A stretch of 64,000 nucleotides of DNA from Octopus vulgaris. Taxonomy: Eukaryota. The stretch lies in the NCBI GenBank assembly GCA_951406725.2, contig OX597814.1, positions 98,208,001 to 98,272,000 on the forward strand. The letters run 5' to 3'. Numbering within the stretch: position 1 is the first letter of the stretch; each line of letters begins with the position of its first letter. The translations under genes were made by a program, and so were the position numbers. Positions 54,619-64,000 of this stretch are shown here, piece after piece. Below the pieces are notes generated by a model. It did not search any database. It was not told the origin of the DNA and worked only from the letters and a program-made list of their open reading frames with translations.

Positions 54619-56597
54619 TGCGGCTGGTTTCGGTCCCGTCTTCCGCGGCTGGATAGCTGCCTTGTACAGAGGCATCCGTTCGGTAATTCGCGTAAATAGA
54701 CATCTATCGAGACCTTTCGACATTGCACGTTCGGTCCGTCAGGGATGCCCCCTCTCGGCGCTTCTATACGTATTGACTCTTGAGCCACTACTGCGGAAGC
54801 TAGCGACTCTGAGGGGCATCCCGCGAGAATTGGGATGCGGGACGAGCGTGTCTGCATAGGCGGACGACGTCACCGTCATAGTGTCAAGCCACGAGCACAT
54901 CGAGCTGGTCGGCGAGACACTGAAAGACTACGAAGCGGTGACAGGAGCAAAAATCAACCGGGAAAAGTCAGTGGGCTTGCGGATCGGCATCTGGAGAAGC
55001 AAGCCCATGCCGTCCACCAGTACCTCCGTCGTGGGACGCTGGACGGACGGCCCGGTTGAGTTGCTCGGGGTCTGGTTCGGTCCGGACCTCCAAATGGAGA
55101 AGAACTGGAACAAGATAACGAGTAGGGTGGTCACTCTCGCCCGGCAATGGGCCGAGTGGAAACTGTCCCTAAAAGGTCGGGCGGAGGTGGCGAACACGGA
55201 CATCGCGTCCATCATCTACTACCGCCTGACCGTCGTACCTTGTTCCGACCCTACCATCACCAAACTAGAACGCATACTCTTCCGCTTTTTGTGGAAAGGA
55301 TGTGTCCCGATGGTCAGGCGATCCATTTGCTGTCAACACCCGTTAAAAGGAGGGCTGGGCATGCCGTGGTTGATGATGCGCAGACACGCGCTGAGACTGC
55401 GACGTCTCCGGCTCTATGTAGACGACGGTGAACAGGTGTGGTCGCCGTTTGTGAGGCACGCGTTCCCGCAGCTCGTCTCCATGACCGAACGCAGTCGTGG
55501 ATCAAAAAGAGGCTGAGGAAGGGCGAATGGCACCGCGAGTGTTGCGTTGCTCTCAAACAACTCTGCCGTCCCGGGTCGACCTAGAGTGACTTCAACACAA
55601 CCAAAGCATTCTATAGGGGATTAGTGGAGGGGAGGTACGACGACGATCTTGGGGCAAACCTGGGCGTCGACGAGGAATACTTGACCCGCCTGTTTGAAAC
55701 GACTTTCGGGCCGGGACCTATGGACAACTTCCAGAGATTCCTGGCCTGGCAGTGCTACCGAGAAGCGCTACTCGTTCGGAATAAGCTCTATAGGTATGGC
55801 TCGAGAAATACGGGGCCGACCTGCTCGAGATGCGGGCAGAGCGACGAAACCGTTCTGCACGCAATCGTGCAGTGTCCGACAATCTCCGACCTGTGGGCTT
55901 ATATCGAACGACTGCTGTCACGCGTGGGACGTGTCGGTTTATCAGCCGAGTCTATCGTTAATATCGTCACGCCTCCTTCCTTCAAACGGGAAGAAAGAGC
56001 TATTTTTATCATACTTGTGGCTATGGCGAAAGAATGTATATGGTGGACGCGCCTGAAAGGATTAGAGACAAACACTTTCCTCTCTGGTCAATCTCTCATC
56101 AACTTCTTCAAGTATCACTTGAAGAGGAAAGTGAGAGTATAGAGGCAAGTGTTGTCTAGTGAATGTTTAAAAAAGAAGATGGGTGAATGTAGCAAGGATG
56201 GCACGTATGAATGACGAAGCCACCTTGACTATGATCCTATGAACCGTAAAAATTAAGACAGAGAGTTGTTTATTTGTAAAAAAAATATAACATGTGACTT
56301 CATTGACCGAGGTTACCGTGGTCTTTTCCGTAGGCTTTTCTTTCCACGGGTAAACCTCACCTGTCCTCCCCTTTACACTTTATATTGACATTTCTGTGAT
56401 AACGATCCCTATTGATCAATTTTTTTCCTTTCCCTTTTTTTAAAAAAAATTTATCCCCTCTTTTTTTTGTCCCCTTTCTTTCCTTTTACGATCCCTTTTG
56501 ATCGAAAACCAAACCCCCTTTTTTGCCCCCAAAAGAAAAGCTCTACCTTGTAATTTGTCCTGTCTGTGTGCAGCCCTGTGTGGCTAATAAAGAAACA
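54619..56597 (+). mobile_element. Tx1/L1-clade LINE, 5'-truncated, inside (ATCT/GTCT)n
   Basis: RSVRQGCPLS, SA*ADD, GAKINREKS, FLWKG, GGLG and a CCHC finger (CSRCGQSDETVLHAIVQC). Several stops; 3' end AATAAAGAAAC. Confidence 0.9.
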
Positions 56598-56682
<85 letters not shown>

Positions 56683-58247
56683 GTCTGTCGGTCTGTCTGT
56701 CTATCTGTTTGTCTACCTATCTATCTATCACACTCACAAATTGATCCCAATGCGCTTCCACTCTCTTCTTCTGATTCCTCCGACATGTCGTCGGACGAAG
56801 GCGATACAGAAGAATGGCAAATGGCCACAGGAGGTGGGGGGGGGGGGAGAAGAAAAAGGGAAAGAAAAGGAAAGACGCAATCATTCAAATCAAAAAGAGT
56901 TAATACTCCCCAAAACACTACTTCCGCACAAAAAACAACCATTGCCACCAACAATAGAAACACACGAACACCAAATGGCCCCACAAAGTTGACAGCAATA
57001 AACACAAATAATTCAAACTCATATGATGTATTCTATTGAAATTTCGTTATTCTGGGACTTTGCTTTCAAAAGTGTATTCAGTTATATTAACACCAATATT
57101 TTGACCGCTACTCATCTTATGAACTTGGGAAGATAAAATGTAAGTCGACTATGGTAGGATTTGAACTTGAAATTGAAATGTACACACTCAAATGATTTAT
57201 GAACAGAGCAGGTAACTTTTAAAAGGAATGTAATATCTATTATCACACCTTTAATTACTCAATCTCCAGTTCATTTTTAGATTAGTTACCATCAGCATGT
57301 AATTATAATTGTAAATTAATTCGAAATCTTTTTTCATGGCAAACAAAATATAATTCTGCATCACATAAATTGGCTGTCCGCAAAAACTAGAAAATACTCA
57401 AGACTCAACAGCTACTAATACTAAAGAAAGCTCCGGTGAGCGTCACAATAGGGTACTATCTCTACATCCGGATCGGTACTGTCACTACATGCCCACACAG
57501 ACATCCTAGGCCACCGCCGAAAAAGGCCACTTTCCCGATTAGTATGAAATCGTTCACTAACACACTTCAACCTCTGGCTCATAGTATCCTTGTATTCACT
57601 ATTTTTTCTACTGCTCCTCCTTGGAGCTAACTAATTTCCTCCCAGCTTTGCGCAGGAGGTCTCGATTTGTCCCCTTCCTGTCGTCAATCGTATTATGTCC
57701 CACCTAATCCATAACTGCTACATGTGCAAACTTTCCTCTCAAGAACGTCGATTCTCACGAGAATTTCTTCCTTGCACCTATTTTTCTGTTTTCATCAAGT
57801 GGCAATTTTTTAAGCGGAACATAAATTTCACAGATATGACAAAGCCAACAGAAAACAACATAAAACAATAACAATAACAAAAGCCATAAGCTTTAGTCTA
57901 TGTAATTACATCTTTGGTCCCAAATAGTCGCATGAGTGAATAGTCGGTATTCCAGATACATTAGTTCTTTTATTTATAGATTCCTTTGACATCCAAGCCC
58001 CATGAGTTTGCAAAAACAACAGGGTGATGGATTACATTAATTTAGTCCCTTCCCCTTGAATTCTGCGATCGCATACCGCTAACGAGAGTCTAAATTTCAT
58101 CTGTTCTGCTTCAATGGTATAAAATTAATAACTTACTGAGATGAACTTTAAAAAAACCCTATTTTTACTCCACTAAAATGTTTTGAAGAAACTAATGTGA
58201 CTGACACCGTCACGATGTGGATTTTGGCTGGACTTCGTTGTTCTGAA

Positions 58248-58328
58248 CTCATATTTCATTGCGTCTCTTATCTTCTCATATTTCATTGCGTCTCTTATCT
58301 TCTCATATTTCATTGCGTCTCTTATCTT
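58248..58328. repeat. 27-bp tandem repeat x3
   Basis: CTCATATTTCATTGCGTCTCTTATCTT repeated perfectly. Confidence 0.95.
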
Positions 58329-58472
58329 CTTTTCGTTTTCGTCATTAGATTGAAGCCATGTTGAGGAACAACATGAAGTTTAGTCGAATGAAAAATATAA
58401 GTACTCCAGTACTTATATATTGTAAGCCTGGTACTTATTCCATCAGTGTTTTGTTGAACCGTTAAGCTATGG

Positions 58473-60622
58473 AGCGGGGGCACTGCCGAAGAAAGATCCA
58501 AACAATGGGTACATCATAGATAACTTCAGGCCCATCACTCTACTCAACGCAGTTTTGAAGATTTTGGCCAATGTGCTAGCCGAGAGGTTTGTCATCAAGA
58601 AACTGGTCGACAATGCGCAAACATACGTCGTACCGGGCAGGAGTATCTATGACAACCTCTCTCTGATGTGCTACATCATTGATAGGGTAGTTTAAGAACC
58701 TGGTATGGGTGGGGCGCTGATCAATTTGGATCAATCGAAAGTTTCGATAGGGTCGACTATCGCATCTTGGAGGCAGTCCTTAAAGCGAATAGTCTCGGTC
58801 CCGTCTTCTGCGGTTGGATCGCTGCCTTATATAGCGGCATCCATTTGGTAGTTCGTGTAAATGGTTATCTATCGGGATCATTTAACACTACGCGTTCGGT
58901 CCGTCAAGTATGCTCCCTCTCGTCGCTACTGTACGTATTGATTCTAGAGCCACTACTGCGGAAGTTGGTGACGCTGAGTGGCATCCCATGAGAACTGGGT
59001 TGCAAGAAGGGCGTGTCTGCATACGCGGACGACGTTACCGTTACACTTTGGAGCCACAGGCATATCGACCTGGATGGTTATACATTGAAAGAATACGAAG
59101 CGGTAACGGGAGCGAAAATTAACTCGGAAAAGTCAGTGGACTTGCGGCTCAGCACCTGGAGTGGCAGACCCATGCCGTTCAATAGAATCTCCATCCTGGG
59201 ACACTGGACTGAGGGACAGGTTGAATTGCTCAGTGTCTGGTTCGGACCTCTAAATGGAGAGGAACTGGGATGAGATATCGAGTAGAGTGGTCACTGTCAC
59301 CCAGCAATGGTCCGAGAGAAAGCTAGCCCTCTAAGGTCGGGTAGAGGTAGCGAACACGTACATCGCATCCGTCATCTATTACCGCCTGACCGTCGTGCCT
59401 TGTCCCGGCCCTACTATCACCAAACTGGAACGCATACTCTTCCGCTTTTTGTGGAAGGGAAGCGTTTCGATATTTTGGCGATCCATTTGCTGTCAACACC
59501 CATTAAATGGAGGGCTGGGCATGTTGTGGTTGATGATGCGCAATCATGCGCTGAGATTACGACATCTCCAGCGCTTGACAGGCGAAGGTGAACAGATGTG
59601 GTGGCCCTTTGTGAGGCACGCTTTCCCGCAGCTCGTCTATTTGGTCGAGCTGCAGTCATGGACTAAACAGAGACCGAGGCTAGGCGAATGGCACCGCGAG
59701 TGCCGCCTTGCTCTCAAGCAACTCTGCCGTCCAGGACCAAACTTGTGCAACTGCAATTCCACGAAGGCGTTCTATAGAGGATTAGTGGAATGGAGGTGTG
59801 ATGACCTTCTTGGGGAGAATCTGGGCGCCGACGGGGAACACCTGACGCACCTGTTCAGGATAACTTTAGGGCCGGGACCTATAGACAATCACCAGAGATA
59901 CCTGGCCTGGCAATGCTATCGCAAAACATTGCCTGTTCGGGATAATCTCTACAGGCACGGCTCGAGATACACCGGACTGACTTGACCGAGATGCGGTCAG
60001 AGCGACGAAACCGTTCTGCACGCAGTCGTGCAGTGTCCAACCATTTCAGACCTGTGGGCTTATGTCGAACGGCTGCTGTCACGTGTAGGACGAATTCGGT
60101 TATCGACCGAGTCCATAGTGAATATTGCTTCGCCACCTTCTTTAACTGGGAAGGCAAGGCAGTTTTCATTGTACTGGTGGCTATGGTGAAAGAATGTGGG
60201 TAGTGGACTTGTGCGAAGTCCTAGAGACAAAAACTTGAAAAGTACCACTTGAAAAGGAAGGTGAGAATAGAGAGGGAAGTTTTGTCTCATAAAAGTTTCA
60301 ATAAAAGGGTGGATGAATGTAGCAAAGATGGTACGCGCAAATGACGAAACAACTTTAAGCATGATCCTGTAACTCTAAGAGAGAGCTTGAGAGTGAGAAA
60401 GAGCTTTGCTCTAGTGTGTTTCTTTCCCTGCTTAAGGTTACCGTGGTCTTTTCCGTAGGCTTTTCTTTCCACAGATAAACCTTTTACATTTTTACGCCGC
60501 TTTTTTTCCTGTTTACATGACCTAAACTCTTTCGATGATTTTTTATCGTTTTTTTTTCTTTTCTTGCTTTCTACATTGTATTGTCCCTTTGTGTTCGGCC
60601 CTGTGTGGCTAATAAAGAAAGA
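58473..60622 (+). mobile_element. Tx1/L1-clade LINE, more degraded copy
   Basis: NFRPITLLN, LDQSK.FDRV, SAYADD, FLWKG and GGLG, with frameshifts. Same 3' end as the 54619 copy. Confidence 0.88.
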
Positions 60623-61508
60623 TATTTATGTATGTATGTATGTAGATATGTCCGTCTGTCTGTCTGTCTTTCTGTATGTATGTATGTATGTATGTATGTA
60701 TGTATGTATGTATGTATGTATGTATATATTTATGTATGTATGTATGTATGTATGTATGTATGTATGTATGTATGTATGTATGTATGTATCTATCTATCTA
60801 TCTATCTATCTACGCATGCATGTGAATACGTATAAGTATTGAATACGCCATATAACAGAATTTTCGACTTTCATTATTGAACATATTTTTGAGACAAATG
60901 AAACTATAAACATCGTAATTACAGAGGCAAGAATAATATTATCTTAACAGACATAATGATTATTGAATTTCAAATTACTAGGATGTTATTTACGCATTTC
61001 TAAAGAAAAAAACACAAAGAGAAAAAAATACAATTGGATTTAATAAAACTACTACGAATGTTTAGAGCTTTTACCCAATAAGTGGCACTCTGTCGCTTAC
61101 AACGATTAGGGCCCCAGTTGATTTGATCAAGGGAACAACCCGCTCATAAATTAACGTGGAAGTGGCTGGGCACTCCATAGATGCGTAGTTCTTAGGAAAA
61201 TTTAACACGTCACAGAATGTATCAAGGTCGACACTTTGAATTACAGGTACTGCTCATTTTTGTCAGCTGAGTGAACTGGAGCTACGAAAAATAAAGTGTC
61301 TTGTTCAAGGGCGCAACGAGCTGCAGGGAATCGAACTCACAACAGGTACAGCTGTGTGGTAAGAAGTTTGCGTTTGCTTCCCAGCAACATGGTTTCAGGG
61401 TGAGTCCCATTGCGTTGCACATTGAAAAAGTGTCTTTTACAATAATAGTCCCGGGCCGGGCAAAGCCTTATGAGTGGATTTGAAAGACAGAAACTGAAAG
61501 AACGCGGG

Positions 61509-61965
<457 letters not shown>

Positions 61966-62311
61966 AATTGGTTTCGCTGGCAACAAGGGGAGTACAGGAT
62001 AACAGTCAGCCGAAGCCATACATACATACATACATACATACATACATACATACATACATAACTTCTCTCTCTCTCGCTTTTTCTCTGTGAATCACTCACA
62101 CATTCACTCACTACAAAAAGTGAATAAAAATTTCTGTTATTTCTCTCTCTTTCTTTCTCTCTCTCTTTCTCTCTTTCTCTCTCTCTCACACACACACGCA
62201 CCAGGAACATTACTTTCTCTGTCTCTTCACACACACTGACAAAAGCAATTCACATACACACAATACATTCTGTCTCGCACACCCCATCACACACAGACAC
62301 AGACACAGACA

Positions 62312-62353
<42 letters not shown>

Positions 62354-62373
62354 CACACACAGACGCAGACACA

Positions 62374-62410
<37 letters not shown>

Positions 62411-63012
62411 GCACACACACGCACACACACGCACGCACAGCAATTCTCCGCTTCAAGCCAACTTCAAAAGAACTTCACTCATACAATCGCGCTTTCCCTG
62501 AATCTTTCGCTTTCACGCCGACTTCAAAAGATCCCTATTCCTCCCAACCCCATATTAAAAAAATATAATTTTTTTACGGAAACCGACGATCACCTTCAAA
62601 AATGTAAATAAACACACGTGGTTTATAAGTGGTTCGTATGTGACAATCGTGTGTTCCAATATCGAAAGATCGCCCAATGTTTCAATGATTAGGCAGAGGT
62701 CCAATAGAATAGGTTTCAGAAACTGACTACGTACTAATTCGTTCTTCACAATTCCTGAAGCTGTTTTCTGACAAGGTGGGGTAGGGGTGGGAGGTCTCGA
62801 AACTTTTATACAGCTGGAGGCTCCAATCGAAACAGGGGACCCGAAATGATAAGGCTGAGAAACGCTGTTATAGATTATGCCTAACCGAAAACGATCACAG
62901 CCACATCATCCAAACAGACCGGGTGAAACCAGGCTTAACTGATGTTATAATGTATATATAAAAATTAAAAATTGTATAATATAGCAGTATTTTCGAACTT
63001 CATTTTTTACAA

Positions 63013-63121
<109 letters not shown>

Positions 63122-63332
63122 TGGCCCAAAGTCACCCGACAATAAATGAAAATTCCATGAATACTTAATATCGAATTATATTTATTTATTCGAATTATGA
63201 ATGTTTAATAATTGAATTCTGTGAATATTCAACATTTGTCTATTTATTAGCGAAGTTTCATATAGAATAATTTCTTGTCTTAATCTTAGAATTAAAATGT
63301 TTTGATTTACTGTTAGGTGACATTTGGCCAGC

Positions 63333-63400
<68 letters not shown>

Positions 63401-64000
63401 AGGTGTGTGTGTGTATGAGTGTGTGTTTGCGTGTGCTTGTGTGCATGTGTTTGCATTTGTATTTGTCCTTCACCACAATATGACAACCATGTGTGCTTGT
63501 TTATGTTTCCGAAAGTTAGTAGTTCGGCGTAAGAGACTGATAGAATAAGCACCAGACTTGGAAAATAAATAGTGGAATCGATTCATTCGACTTAAAACTT
63601 TCAAGGTGGTGCCCCAGCTTAGCCAGAATCCATTGATTGAAATATGCATAAGCACTGAACACTCAATACCACAGTATTTTCGCTGTTCTTTATTAAACGC
63701 ATTTTGAGCCCTCATTTTATTTAACCGTGTGCACACTCACAGACATATGAAGCTAGGAAAACCGTAATTATAGAAACCGATATAGTATTACTGTAATAGT
63801 CATGATGAGCATTGGATTTTAGATTACTAGGATGTTATTCTGCATTTTTCATGGTAAACAACTCGATTCAACCAAATTACTACGTATGATGTTTCCGATG
63901 TTTGCAACTTTTATCTGTTGAATATCCTAGTAATTGAAATGGGAGGGGTTTGTGGCACCGTTGCTCTCATGCTCTTGATACTTGCTTTAAATATTTTTAC

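Noticed and set aside
58248-58328. 27-bp repeats as a possible CRISPR array
   Set aside because: Contiguous tandem copies with no spacers, in a eukaryotic context.
62540-62760. CCAAT and CACGTG motifs suggesting a promoter
   Set aside because: Short motifs expected by chance, with no linked transcript evidence.

Overview
Repeat-dense, AT-rich eukaryotic DNA with one 100-N gap. The SINE families and microsatellite style suggest an octopus/cephalopod genome (my recognition, not a database result). No host protein-coding gene is securely identifiable, and most listed ORFs are microsatellite translations. Retroelements: RTE, CR1/L2-like, R4/Dong-like (inside TAA repeats), Tx1/L1-like (next to ATCT/GTCT repeats), Penelope-like elements (PLEs) and many tRNA-derived SINEs. 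DNA transposons: mariner, Tc1-like, MULE, hAT-like MITEs and an 820-bp foldback. The most notable signal is about 11 type I hammerhead ribozyme (HHR) motifs, intact or degenerate, in several architectures. These are minimal dimer-type motifs, long-stem-II motifs, a U3:A8 core-covariant family, and one motif inside a 341-nt terminally redundant unit resembling a circRNA-forming retrozyme. All folds were done by eye and are untested.
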